From Tubiluchus corallicola (Eukaryota > Animalia > Priapulida), in contig JAQGDQ010000017.1 of the NCBI GenBank assembly GCA_030141605.1, positions 434,001 through 498,000 on the forward strand: 64,000 nucleotides of DNA. Reading direction: 5' to 3'. The translations under genes and the position numbers were made by a program. The notes beneath the pieces are model-generated. The model saw only the letters and a list, made by a program, of their open reading frames with translations. It made no database searches and was not told the DNA's origin. Shown one piece after another: positions 50,101-63,463 of the stretch (its first letter is position 1; every line of letters begins with the position of its first letter).

Positions 50101-53100
50101 TTGAAAGTGCCAGTTTTTAGCTGGGTTTTTTATTTTGCAGCAAATGTTTTCTTAATTTTGTTCTAAAAAAGATTACTTCTGTTTGGTAAATAGTGGTGTG
50201 TCTTTTGTGTTTTCTACAACTACTAAATGACAGGGCTGCTTACCAAGTACATGTATGGCTGACACGATCTTTAATCACAATGCACTGAATCATTTGCAAT
50301 AAGCCTTTTCACAGTTTTGTTGCGCGCACGTGCAGTTGCTCTAGATGAAAAGTTAAGTGAACCCAGCGTGTCATAACTACAACCGTCATGTGACTTTGTG
50401 GATAAGGCAAAACTGTCTGCCGCAGCAGTTCAGTAATTTTAGTTGTTTTTCGAGGACTTTTCTTAATTGTGCATTAATCTCTGCACTTTGGAGTGATTTT
50501 TAGCAGGATGTAGTTTAAGAGTAAGAAAAAATGAAGGTTCTAGCTAGCTGTTAAAACCGTTATTTTACAACAGTATGGGTTGGGAGGCATTGCCAAGTGT
50601 ACACAAATGCGTTGTCTAGTATGTTTAACATTTGACCATTTCACGATCATCATCAATCGCCGAAAAAGGTTTATTTTCCAATGAGTACTTGGTTTTACTA
50701 AAGGAAATCACTAATGACAGGTGGAGGCCTCTATCGTAATAGAAACGATTCGAACTAAACTAAATTGAACTTTAATCCAGTACAATTTATATTGATTGAT
50801 GTTAAAACAAAAACTGAACATAGAAGTACAAGAAGTGTTACATCAGTAAACTGCACTAACTCTGGCTGTGAAGCTTATTTACTGACCATTCTAATAATGA
50901 ATAAGCTTTCCTTGGAGTGGCATGACCACTTAGCCATGGCCGCTTGGGCATCCATCCAAAATTTGTTGAAAAGAGTTGCCTGTTGAATGAGTTTATTAGT
51001 ATCTAGCACTAGTATGTTATTCTTTCTTGTAAAATGTACAGTCATATACATACAACAAGTATTCCTACACTTATTAGTCAGTCATGTGATTTCGACAAGA
51101 GATGAAAGATCCGGCAAAGGTAAAGGAAGCACTTGTTGGCATCACACGCAAATATAAGTTTGAAGCTTTATAACACAGACCTGTTATTTGTTATAGTTGC
51201 TTTAAATTACCTTAGAAAATATTCTTTGGATCAGTGTGACTTTGCTTTGTTTTTTATACTTCAAAAGCTCTCATTTTGGAATGGCTATTGTGACACTGTT
51301 TGATAGCAAAATGTTTGCTTAATGATTTCATTTTACTCCAATAGGGAGAGCCTGGTCAGAATGCTCTTAGACATTATTCCGATGAGGATGATGCTATAGC
51401 TGATTTCTGCAAAAAGTTTAATGACAAAACAAGGAATAACTGGACAGACAGGCACAAGTTCAAACCTCACCCAGGGAAGTATACATTAATAGATGTGGGA
51501 GTTGAAGAGGAGGAGGGCGGATCCTCAACTGGCAGTTCATCTCCTCAGGTCAGTAAATGTTTGTTGATTTGATTATTTATCCATATTTGTGAAGAAGCAT
51601 TAGTTGACAAAATAGATTACAAATTACATTAAATAATAATTTATGATATAGGTAATAATTAGGGATATTAGAATTTACCACATTAATTACTAATAAAATT
51701 CTGTTTAAGTGCTCGTACAAATGCTAGTTCTGGACTGGAAAGTGTCATTCTTTTTATGGAGGTTAGCCAAGTAGTTAGGGCATGACCAGGCAATACTGAG
51801 TTTGACTAGTAACTGGCTTAGTGACCATTTAGTAAACTGCTTTTAGGCTGCTTTAACTCCTGCTCTTGAGACAGTGTATGTTCATCCAAATGTGGTTAAG
51901 ACATCTGTGCTTGTTCAATGCCTTATCTTAGAGGTTTATGTATGTTAATGAACTAGGTTCTAGTGTTGCTATAAACAGTTTACTTAAGTAAACCCTTCCG
52001 CTGAGTGCTGGATCCCAGCATGTAGAATGCCGAACTTGTGTGAAAAATATCTGTTGAACAGTTCCAACTCTAATAATCATTACTTGAGTTTTTATGCTAA
52101 CAAAAAAAATCATCGAACACTGCTTTGTATGAGTATATACATGTACACATCGTTATTGCTTGTCCACCATCATCTCGGCTCATTAACATGTCTTTTCATC
52201 ATTTTACTTCTCATTAACATGTCTTTTCATCATTTTACTTCTTATTAACATGTCTTTTCATCATTTTACTTCTCATTAACATGTCTTTTCATCATTTTAC
52301 TTCTCATTAACTTGTCTTTTCATCATTTTACTTCTCATTAACGTGTCTTTTCATCATTTTACTTCTCATTAACATGTATTTTCATCATTTTACTTCTCAT
52401 TAACATGTGTTTTCATAATTTTACTTCTCATTAACATGTCTTTTCATCATTTTACTTATCATTAACATGCCTTTTCATCATTTTACTTCTCATTAACAAG
52501 CCTTGTCATCATTTTACTTCTCATTAACATGTCTTTTCATCATTTTACTTCTCATTAACATGCATCGAGACGTCATTTCACCCAAATGATACATTTCATC
52601 TGGAACAAATTGTTAAGGCAAAGGCATTAATTATTATTAACTAATGTTAACTAGAGAATTTACAGTAAATAGTTAAATCAAGTTAAACAAAACATACATA
52701 CATTTTTGGCATCAAATCATGAGTTTCACACAAAAAAGTTATCAACACATCGTTGCTTTGATAACATTGAAACCTGAATGACAGGTACTAAAAACTAAGA
52801 TGCTAAAGATGAAACTAGATGTCGCCACATTTTAAGATAAGTACTGATAAGTCAACTTAATCTAATCAGAAAACGTCTTGACTATTATGCATTATGCTGT
52901 TAGAACAAAAACTATTATGGTTAATCAGTGACTGGAAATTCTCAACAATCATATTGCCCAAACTTTTGCATGCTGTGCCAATTTCATTTTGTTTTCTTTA
53001 GAAATTTTCTGGCGTGCAAACGGCTGCATGTAAACTGGACACAGAAACTCAGAAACTCATAAAACTTCTCTTTGACCATGATATGTTCAAGTCTGCTATG

Positions 53101-56100
53101 CAAGAAATGGATATTGGTATGCTAGCTGTAATTAAAGACAGTTTTTTCACCCTAAAATCTTGTTGAATGCATTTCTGCACATCTTTGTCAGTTTTTTTCC
53201 GATCTCGTAGGAGTCTTTTTCAGTCTGTTGCAGTCGATACAGAGTCTTTTACAGTTTATGTTACAGTTGATAAGAGTCTATAAAGACTGTGTGATATTTG
53301 TCTAACAGATGATAATTTTTAATGCGCTCTTGGCACTCAAGGTTTAATTAAAAACTTAGACAGTGTTTCATTTATGATTTTTCATTTATTAAAGATGTGA
53401 GCTAACACTACTAAAAATCGAATTATTTGAATAAAGTCGATTTGTGGTCAAAATTTCTAATTATTCAAATCGAATTCGAAGTCAGTATTAAAACTCCTTG
53501 AAGATTTTTTGCATCAGTAATAAAAATGATAACGTGGCTGTTTTTGTGCACAAAAAATTTTAATTTAACTCTCAGTTGCTAAAAATTATAAAAGAAACTG
53601 CTCACAAGATCGTAATACATTGTGCTGACAAGTGGTCAAATCACTGTTTTTGATTGCGTGATGTTTTAGACATTTTAATTAATAATAAAAAACGAATGTA
53701 ACTGATGCATTGAATCATTTAGGCCCCTAATTGTAGATTCTAATCAAATTTAAATTTAAAAAAGTTGTACAAATCTAGTTTGATCATTCAATATGCAAAC
53801 TTCATATACATAACAAATATTGAGCTGATAGTAAATGAACTTTTTTCAGATATCAAGAAAATGCCATTAGGTCAATTAAGCAAAGCTCAGATAGCAAAGG
53901 GTTATGAAGTCTTAGAAGACATTGAAAGCATTTTGGACAAGAAGTGCAAAGGCAATTTACAGGAACTTTCCTCGAAATTCTACACGTTGATTCCACATAA
54001 CTTTGGTCGCCAGCGACCTCCGGTGATCAATACGAAAGAGTTACTGCAAGCAAAAATGGACATGCTGATAACGCTAGGTGATATTGAATTGGCCCAAAGT
54101 CTTCAGAAGACAATTAAAAAAGTTAGTTTTTGTTGCTTTTTATATGTTTTTCAATGTTAAATATTGCCCATATTGACATGATATGTGAACTCATTATGTT
54201 TATAATATTGATTGACTATTTGTCAAAGTACACTAGCCATTGCCACTGCCTAGTGCTTACTGTACCAGCTGCTGTGTTTAACTGCAGTTTGCCTTAAAGA
54301 CAGTTTTCTTTTATTAGAATCTTGTTGGCCTAATGTATGTAATAGATGTAACAGACATTCGACATATAGGTTATGTAATACAGGATGTCTGAAAAGAAAC
54401 AGTGCACTAATAAATGTTATAGCTTAATAATAGTAATCATACTAGTAGAATACAAAGTCAAAGGTATATAATACATTGGAAATTCAAGTATAATGTAATA
54501 ATAATGTAAAAGTTGTAATATTATTTTTACATCATTAGTATGTCATTCTGTAGAAGTCCTGGTTAATTTTATCGTATTTTTCATATTTCTGATGCACTGT
54601 TTCTTTTGGAACACCCTGTAGGATCATTTGCAATTCATTACAACTTTAATGTGTTTTTTATACAAAGGAAGAGAAAGCACATCCATTGGATGTCAATTAT
54701 CAGCTGCTGCAGTGCCACCTGGAATATATTCCGAAAACAGATAAAGAATACAAACTTATAGAGAACTACGTAGCTTGTACTAGTGGGCGGTGGTGTGGGA
54801 GAGGTCAAACAATCCTTGGCATTTGGCGAGCAGATCGTAATGGAGAGGTAATTTTTTACAAGAATTGCATTAAATGATGCATTAGATCATCATTTTGTTG
54901 TAGGTAAATAGAAAGGTTTTAAAAAGTGCTTGACAAGCAATAACCAGTTGATTCAGGACCGTTTTAACAGCATTATAGGTCCCCGGCAAAGCAGTGCACT
55001 GGGGGCCCCTACCTATGCAATTACTCACAGGAATAAAAATGAATGGTCGATCGAATTAAAAATATTTATTTATTGTACTGATGCTTCTAACAATATCAGT
55101 GTTTAAACATTAAAAAACATGCTGTACAGCAAGGATTAATCAACACAAACACTTGAACAATATAACACAGTCTTAAAAAGCACAAAAACACAACTTGCAT
55201 AGATGATCCTGTGGCCCCTATGCTTGTGACCCTTTCCCCCCTCCCGCGCAACTGCCCAGCGTACCGATGCATTCAGATGACACTGAGTTTATAAAATCAG
55301 AAATTCACATTTCTCCTAAAATCTGTTCACGTTACTGGAGAGACTAAGTGAAAATGTCTCTCAAAAGTTGTTACAGTAACTTTCATTTGTAAATTTTTGT
55401 GGCATTAATTAAGTTTTGCCCGTGTGACTAAACCAGTTCAAAGAGTTTAAAAATATGAGGCACTTCTTCAGTGATGTAGCAAGTGCTTCTGGCACCCAGG
55501 GGCAAAAACTTCTGGTGCCCTACCATTTTAATGTTTTGATCATTTGTTTCATGGGTGAAGCCATAAATTGTGCACGTTTTTTGCACCTCTGAGCCAGACT
55601 TTTCTTTTTCGACATGATGGGATAAAGATAAACAAATTGTTTCTAATAGTCACCATGAGTTTGATTTGCACTACTGCATCAGAATAACTTTTTTGTATGC
55701 GTTAGTTGTTGCGAGTAACACGACAGTCTTTAAACATTCAGCTCCGGCATTAAATCGTGCAAAGATTATGAAAGATACAGAACACTGCAGGTTTTCACAA
55801 TAATACAGTCAGCATTTAGAGGAACGCCACTGTTTCTCCCAAAATTGTCTATCTGCTAAGCCGCGAGCTACCTTACACATGCTGTTAAGTAACAACATTA
55901 GCCTTTTTTCTAGGCTGATTGTAGTAATTAACTCTGCTGAGATGATCTCTGGCTAGACAATTTTGTTGTAGTTTGAAAACTTTTGTTAATGTCGGATTAG
56001 TAATTAATAATTAACAGTCATTGAACTCTAGAAGAATTTTGTGCCTTCTCACCATTGAGATGAGGGGCGATTGCTTCCTGTCACCCCCACCTTGTTACGC

Positions 56101-59100
56101 TTCTGCATTTCTTATAAAATGTACTCTCGATCTCGGTTTCAGTCAAAGCGATTTGAGCAACACAAATCTATTGAAAACCGGCGCTTACTGTGGCATGGTA
56201 CAAATGTAGCTGTGGTAGCGGCCATTTTGAAGAGTGGTCTTCGCATCATGCCCCATAGTGGAGGAAGAGTTGGAAGAGGCATTTACTTCGCCTCGGAGCA
56301 TGCAAAGTCTGCTGCATATGGTACGTGAATTTATAACTTCGACTGGGAAATGACAGTGCAGTTTTACAGCAAAGGAGGTTCATTTCAGTTCATACTCATT
56401 TTGTTTTGCTCAAACACTGCAGTTACTGGATTTTTTTTCATTTTTTGAAATCTATTGTTAATTTGTCTAAGAGAACATTTCATGTGTACTTGTGCATGAA
56501 AGCCATTGTGTGAGGAGTAGAAACCTATATAAAGTATCTAATATAACGTAACCGTTACTTAGTGAGAGCAGTTTTTCAGGAACCCATGCAAAATGCAGCA
56601 AACTCTTATGGTCCTGAAGAATTTAAGGAAAATATTCAAGAATTGTTAAATAAATTTAAAAGAATGTTTAGCAAATACATTTTTCATGTTAGAGTAATTT
56701 GATTATTATTTATCAAAAAGTTTAGACAAGTGTTTCATTATGTATGAGGGGTGATTGACTTTGCACATGTTGCCAAAAAATAATTATGTTTTGCACCAAG
56801 TTTCTTGTCTATACTCCCTAATGGAGTACAATCAAACCTCTTTACACCACTTACTTTGGGACTGCAGAAAAGTTGGTGTTAAGCAGGTTTGGCGTTGTAA
56901 CGAGGTGCATTAAATATATCTGTCTGTGCAAATATAGACATTTTATTTTGCGAAAAATATAGGCATTAAGCGAAGTTAGCAGTATAAAGGGGGCGTTATA
57001 ATGAAGGTTAATAGCAGATGATGTCTTTGTGCGGTAAACTTATGCTATAAATGATATTAAAGCGAGTTTTCCAGGCTGTGTGTCATGTTTTTCTTTCATG
57101 TTAGTTTTGTGGGAATTTTGCATTCAATATAATGGTATAACTAGGATTCTGTAATACTGATTTTCCATATCTAATAATTCCACACCCAAAGACACCATGT
57201 CACATGCTTAATGTCTGTTCTGTGTTATGCGATCAAGGAAGGTATCTTTGGAGACATATAAATTATCTAAATCATATTGTTAAGTCTGTACAATCAACCC
57301 TTAGTTCAACCAACGAACCAGCCATTTTGTACGCTGATTTACCAGGACTTGCTATCATTCAACAGGGCACTGTTGATCCCGAATGGGTACAAACAGCACA
57401 AATTCCTGATATTACGATTTTCTTCCCAGAATTTCGTTTCTTAGTAATAGCTATGCTTACCGATCCATTCGATATTCTAGAAAATATTCACAAAGCCAGA
57501 GATCATAAAACAAGCAGATATGCAGCTTTAATATCAGATCTTGAAAAACAAAATTTTCAGGTGTTGTTTGTTCCATTTGAGATCGGCAGTCGCGGTTTTA
57601 TTTCTGCCGACAATTACAATATGCTTAAAATACTTTTCAAGCGGTACCATTAACAAGGATAATTATCTGAAAAGTGAAGAGTCTTAATGAAACTTGCCAT
57701 CATCTCATTTTCTATTCAAAATTCTTGTGAGGTTGCCAAGCTCCATCTTTAATGTCTCTGCCAAACACATAAGATATATTATTTATAAATTTTAATATCT
57801 AAGTTTTAATAGATTTAATTATTTTTACCACAAATTTATTTATAACTCATCTTTTTGATTTCGCAGAATGCTTGTGTTTGTCATATAAGTGTTTATGTAA
57901 AATTTGTAATGTACAAGTCAATATGTATTTAATGTGTGTTAATCCCTGGAGGAGTATCATCATGTACACTCCTATCTGGGACTTTGCGTGTTTTAAATTT
58001 TGTTGTTTACAGCAATAAAATTTTTAAAATAAAAATCTACAAGTGTTCGCATTTCTGCAGTGCGGCCAGCTACTCGGGATGGAGTTCGTACTGGTATCAT
58101 GTTTCTCAATGAGGTGGCACTAGGAGCAGAGCATACAACACTGACTGGAGGTTCTTTTACCTCTGCTCCTAAAGGATATGACTCGATCGTCGCACGGGGT
58201 TCCCAAGAACCAAGTAAGTTTTATTAAGTGGAGAGCTTGAAGTTTGTTTGTATTATAAGTACTGTGCTGATGACCATGTATTGACTTCTTAAGTTGAATG
58301 TTTTCTGACTTGTATTTTAACAAAAATGTAAAACTTTGGCTTTGTTATGTTTAGCAAATAAATGAAACCTTTCGCTTCATGGTTTTATATCTGACAACAT
58401 CGGCTTAACTTTAATAGGAATTTCACAGACAATAGTTCTTACTAGGGGTGAACATCGAACATTCGAATTCGATTCAAATGAGTTTTTTGCTCAAATTCGA
58501 GTCGAAACTAAAGTTATAGATTCAAATAATTCAACCATGTAGGTTCTTTATCATTAAAACTTTTGAAACATCATGGAATTAGCACAATTTAACCGCGATT
58601 TCTGTACCAAATTTTCTACAAATTATTAATGGTTTTACTGCAGAACAAAACTCTGTAAAGTGCCTGATCTTCGTTAAACTGCTTTTAACCGGTGGTTCAA
58701 AAATCTTTCAAACTCAATTTGAATTCGAAATTCAGTTTAATTCAAATTCTAAAGTAACAAATTCGATGCGATTCGAATTCGTTTTCTGGTAGAGAATGCT
58801 CACCCATAGTTCTTGCCCTTAAATATTCCTCTTATTATATAAAATCTTTTTTAGTCGTATTATGTTACTATGGTCAATTAGTTGGCAGTTATCATTGCAT
58901 TGAAGAATAATAATTATGGTTGACTGACAGAGACACAGATGTTTTTTATTTCTTTGGCTGTGAGGGCAAAGGTCGAGAGGAATAGCTGAGTATTTATGAT
59001 ATGTGCTTGACTATGAAATCGTGTATAGGCACTATGGAACTGCAGTACCCCCTCTTTTCGCTCGATATTATTGACAACATTCAATGTAATGAGTCTTTTT

Positions 59101-59821
59101 TCTTTAATTCTTTCTTTATACTTATACATATTTATAAATCAGAAAACGTGACAGAACTGTGCACTTCACAGTTCCAGCGATGCAGTGTTTGGCTGTTGTG
59201 CACATGCGGCCATGTGCACATGTCTGAAATAAGAAGCTGCACACTCTAGGTAGAGAGAGCACTGCAGTACCATCCTTATTGTGTAAGTAGTGTTTCTTTT
59301 TGACTCGGTGTGTGTTGTGTTTAAAAACCATGTACCATATTCTTCCGTGACTGTAAGTGAACTTCAACAGCTTAAGTCTTCACAGTTGTCTCTCCAAGAG
59401 AAAGTTCCAGTTAAGAAAAGAGGCCGCTCAACGCCTGATATTCAAATATCTTAACCAGGAATAAGCAACAATTTTCTGTAGCAGCACCCCCACTAATTTT
59501 AACTAAGAGCTGCCACTGAGGCCTAATTAGTTGAGTGATTTAGTCCTTGCTTGGCAAGTACCGAGGTGCGTAAAAAGTTTGTTGATGTGTTTGGCTATAT
59601 ATGCTTCATTATCAATAGTTACAGCTTTCAAAAATCTTTTTTTGGCAATTCCAGATCCAAAGAATGATGTGATTATGACATTTGATGGGAAGAAAGTTGC
59701 TGTGCCGCAAGGAAAACCAGTTCAAACCAAGTACAAGGGAAGTCACTTCAACCAGAGTGAATACCTAGTGTACAAGGAAAGTCAGAATAAAATTCGGTAC
59801 CTCATCATGTTTAAGTTTTAA
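47136..59821 (+). CDS. PARP3: PARP3-like ADP-ribosyltransferase, SAP-SAP-WGR-regulatory-catalytic, about 621 aa, 11 coding exons
   Basis: Exons 47136-47292, 48369-48518, 48885-49018, 49924-50079, 51345-51548, 53002-53116, 53850-54121, 54668-54847, 56143-56320, 58061-58213, 59655-59821; all GT-AG and phase-consistent (1866 nt). Motifs LNQTNIGHNNNKYY, WNRWGRVGE, KKMPLGQLSKAQI, LWHGTNVAVVAAILKSGLRIMPHSGGRVGRGIYFASE, NQSEYLVYKESQ (H-Y-E triad; the PHSGGRVG loop is PARP3-type). Confidence 0.92.
52181..52562. repeat. Minisatellite, 31-bp unit, about 12.3 copies
   Basis: Unit cattaacatgtcttttcatcattttacttct, head to tail, in a PARP3 intron. Confidence 0.95.
54381..54618. mobile_element. Tc1/mariner-type MITE
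   Basis: TA|caggatgtctgaaaagaaacagtgca ... tgcactgtttcttttggaacaccctg|TA; a related single end occurs at ~48233-48262. Confidence 0.75.
54954..55285. mobile_element. hAT-like MITE
   Basis: Ends caggaccgttttaa / ttcagatgacactg; flanks agttgatt/agtttata (6/8 match). Confidence 0.5.
55469..56105. mobile_element. hAT-like non-autonomous element
   Basis: Ends cagtgatgtagcaag / cttgttacgcttctg; 8-bp flanks cacttctt/catttctt (7/8 match). Confidence 0.65.
57190..57653 (+). mobile_element. 3' fragment of an RLE-type non-LTR retrotransposon (R2 group, HERO/NeSL-like) in a PARP3 intron
   Basis: HMLNVC...QGRYLWRH, PDITI, LTDPF, ARDHKTSRY, FEIGSRGF follow the restriction-like endonuclease motif order. 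Confidence 0.8.
58443..58808. mobile_element. hAT-type MITE (TAGGGGTG-end family)
   Basis: Ends taggggtga / tcacccata; 8-bp flanks gttcttac/gttcttgc (7/8 match). Confidence 0.8.
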
Positions 59822-59828
59822 TTTGTGG

Positions 59829-60042
59829 CAAAGTTTTTGTGAGTGGTGACCATTTGGTTTATCGTGTTCTAAGAAACTCGTAAACTTATTACATTAATGA
59901 TGTGGCAGAGCACACGTTCAATCTGGCTATTTCAAAGTTTTTGTGAGCGGTGACCATTTGGTTTATCGTGTTCGAAGAAACTCGTAAACTTATTACATGA
60001 ATGATCTGGCACAGCACACGTTCAGTCTGGTTATTTCAAAGT
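59829..60042. repeat. 104-bp tandem duplication just after the PARP3 stop codon
   Basis: caaagtttttgtgag...tctggctattt occurs twice, starting at 59829 and 59933. Confidence 0.9.
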
Positions 60043-60185
60043 ATTTTCCAGTTTAAAGAAAGTGAATGTTATTTGTTGCTTTTGATTATGAAGTTGTTTT
60101 TTTTTTGTTATGAGTTGAGTGTTATTTGTTTACTTCAAGTGCCTCGACCTTTGAAGGAACAGTGCACTAACAAATGTCATAAGTA

Positions 60186-60730
60186 CAGTAAACTGGGTAT
60201 AATTCGAACGCCTCGGGACTGAAAGTACGAGTTAGGCAATGTTCGTAAGAAAACAAGATTGAGTCATTCATCAGCGTTGGACAATACACTACAATGTGTG
60301 AAAATGATAAACTGAGCCTTTAATCAAAATTTAATATCAAACAACAGTTTTTATATTTTTATGAATAATCATAAATAAAATGACTGGCCACTTCTACTGT
60401 AGTCTGAGTAGCATCTTTAATAGAATTTGGCAATAATAATATAGTGATCTACATTAAACCATGTTTGCCATGTTGTGTACAGCATTCTGCTAAGATAATA
60501 TAAGAAATCTTAACATTTTTACTTAAACTAACAGTTAAAATCATAATATGGTGCATGCTTTCGACATCGCCCGGGAAACTGTTTGAGATAGGTGAGGTAA
60601 TTTCAATCAGATTCTTAGGTGTACCGGGAATTTGGTTCGAGTTACACTATGTTTGTTAAAGGGGAAAACCCGTTCCACGAGATACGGGAGAATTTCAGTT
60701 ATACCTGTTCGAGTTAAATGTAGTTTACTG
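60186..60730. mobile_element. Tigger/pogo-like MITE
   Basis: TA|cagtaaactgggtataattcgaac ... gttcgagttaaatgtagtttactg|TA. Confidence 0.75.
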
Positions 60731-61928
60731 TACACTAATATTACACCACACAAAGTCCACTAAGTGTAGTCATATTAAGTTATATGGGAATAAAATTGGA
60801 ATAACATCATATTTATGTCATTATGATGTCATAACGCAAAAGAGCAGTTTCATTTTATCATGTTTCTACTGTAGGCCTACTGTTTCTTTTAGAACACCTT
60901 GCAAAATGCAAAATGCAGGTTTGAGTTGGGTGAATGTAATGATTGTTTCATCTTTGAAACACATCTGGCTACCAGATTTAGCAAATAGCAAGTTGTTTAT
61001 TTTATTGCAAAAGCAAATTTTTTTGTTTGACTAGTATATCAATGACATATTTATGAAACCTTTGTTTGAAGTTGTTAAATTTATAAGCTGAATGTGGGAT
61101 AGATTTTCTTTTTCAATGATATCGTTTTTTGCCGTGATAGCTGAAATTAAATCGTTTGTTGAATTTTCTGATTTAAATTATCGTTGAATCTTCAATTTAC
61201 AAATGCATATGCATGTAAATAATTGTTTTCAATAATGATGACTTTTGTGATGTAATTCAATTGCTGTGATACCTTGAAATGTGTTTTAGGTTAAAGAATT
61301 GAGAAATAGTTTTTTGAATGCATAACTAAATGAAATTGTGGGTTCTGAATGATGATCCTGCACACTGGACTTTGGCCTTCTAGTGTGGCTGCTGTGTGAT
61401 CAGTGATTTTTGAAAGTCAGTACAATACAATCATTTTCAGTTAAACGCTCTTGATTATTTCAATTTGTTTGTACATGGTAATAACAAAACTGCAGAACTT
61501 GAATTTTGTGTGATGTTGTAAACTGTGTTTTGAAACACTATCAGTGCTGTAGCTAATGGGGGAACAACTGCTCCCTCAAGCACGTTTTTCGAAATTGACG
61601 CCTTTTCAACTATTTTTTAACTTCAGCTCACTTGTACAGTAACTGTTGCCGAGTGATCCTTTAGCCGGCTGAAACAGAGAAAGTCTTGCCTTCTTTCTAC
61701 AATATGCGAGGATAGGGTTAGCTTTGCTCTCCATTGAAAGAGAGCTACTGAGGTGGATTTACCAAATTTATAGATTACTTTGCTAAAATGAAGCCTAGAC
61801 GAAAGAGACTATTGTAGTTCCTTCATGACAAAATTTTTCATGATGCTTCAAATTGTTCTCATTTTACGTTTAAAATTATAATTGTTAAGTTATATATTAA
61901 GAGGAATATATTATTATATATTATTATT

Positions 61929-62293
61929 GAGCAATTTCTACCTGAAAACGAATTCAAATCGCATCAAATTTGTTACTTTAGAATTCGAATTCAAATTGAA
62001 TTTGAAAGATTTTCGAACCAGTTAAAAGCAGTTTAACGAAGATCAGGCATTTTACAGAGTTTTGTTCTGCAGTAAAAGCATTAATAATTTGTAGAAAATT
62101 TGGTACAGAAATCACGGTTAAATTGTGCTAATTCCACGATGTTTCAAAAGTTTTAATGATAAAGAACCTACATGGTTGAATTATTCAAATCTATAACTTT
62201 AGGTACGACTCTAATTTGAACAAAAAACTCGTTTGGTGAATCGAATTCGAATGTTTGACGTTTACCCCTAGTAAGAACTATTGTCTGTGAAAT
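61929..62293. repeat. Inverted copy of ~58420-58800 (MITE plus 23 bp of its flank)
   Basis: Reverse complement match including gtaagaactattgtctgtgaaat beyond the TIR. Confidence 0.85.
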
Positions 62294-62582
62294 AGTTAAG
62301 TAAAATACATTTTTGTTGTTTTTAATTTATGAGCTTACAGTTAAACTTGTTTTAATTTTAAATACAAAATAACAATTATGTACTTCCTTTAAAACTGTAT
62401 CTTCCTCGTGTTTTGATTTTAAACACAAAATTAAAATGTATAATCGGTGCTTTAAAAATTGTTTGGTATGTGTCACAGTGACGTTTTTATGTGCTAGCTC
62501 CCCCCCCCACTTTAGAACCTGGCTATGCTTCTGAAAATTACTCTACACAGATGACTGCAAGATTTTTTTTAAACATCACAAA

Positions 62583-62588
62583 TTTATT
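62583..62588 (-). terminator. Candidate prickle polyadenylation signal
   Basis: AATAAA on the minus strand about 880 nt past the stop codon. Confidence 0.4.
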
Positions 62589-63463
62589 AAGAAACATGAT
62601 AATAATTGGCAACAGCATAGATAGTCATGTTTGCAAACATTTTTGATATGTACATTAAAACTTAGAAACAAGTATGCAAGCATGTTACAAGAAACTGTCA
62701 TCCCTTGATTTTTGCATATCTACATATGAAAGAACTAACAAGAATCTAATGCTATTTTAGCCTGGAGTCATGAAGATAAAGCTACTGCAGTTGTAGGTTA
62801 AAAAAATCTGGCATGTCTACGCCCATCAAAGGGACAGAAATAGCTAGTCACTGACAAGAATTCGGTCATTACATAAGTCTTTCTATTATGTGGAGATACA
62901 CATCAGTAGACCTGAATTTGAGGTTATGAATATGTAAATACGTTTCTCAATAAACTAAAATAATGTCGCAACTTACTTAACATCACATGGTAGCCAGCGC
63001 TTTTACTACAGTATTGTTGGCATTACATTATTGCAGTACTGATCAAATTATAGTTATTATACAGTTGCAATTAATATTAACAAAGGTAAAACAACTGAAA
63101 AAATAATACAAAACCGCCATTTATGTACATCTGTTTCTCTCAATCATTTACAAATAACTTAAGCGATAAAAACTTGTCATAATATAATATTAGTGTACAC
63201 GTAACAACAGTTGCAATTTATGGTATAAAAAAGTATAAAGATAAACTACAAGAACGTTCATGTCCAAACACGTCAGGACACCTTTATATTTACAAAGTAA
63301 AAAGTGGAAGCATTAAACTTAAAAACTCTAAGAAGCCATTTCAAATGAACAAAGTAAAAAAATTGCATACATGTACAAATAAGTTATGAACTTAATATTG
63401 CATAAAACTTATTGGCATTGCGCAACCAACGGACGGTTGCTGAGAAAACGAGCACAAGGTACC

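Noticed and set aside
52181-52562. CRISPR-like regular repeat
   Set aside because: Units are head to tail with no unique spacers, in a eukaryotic intron.
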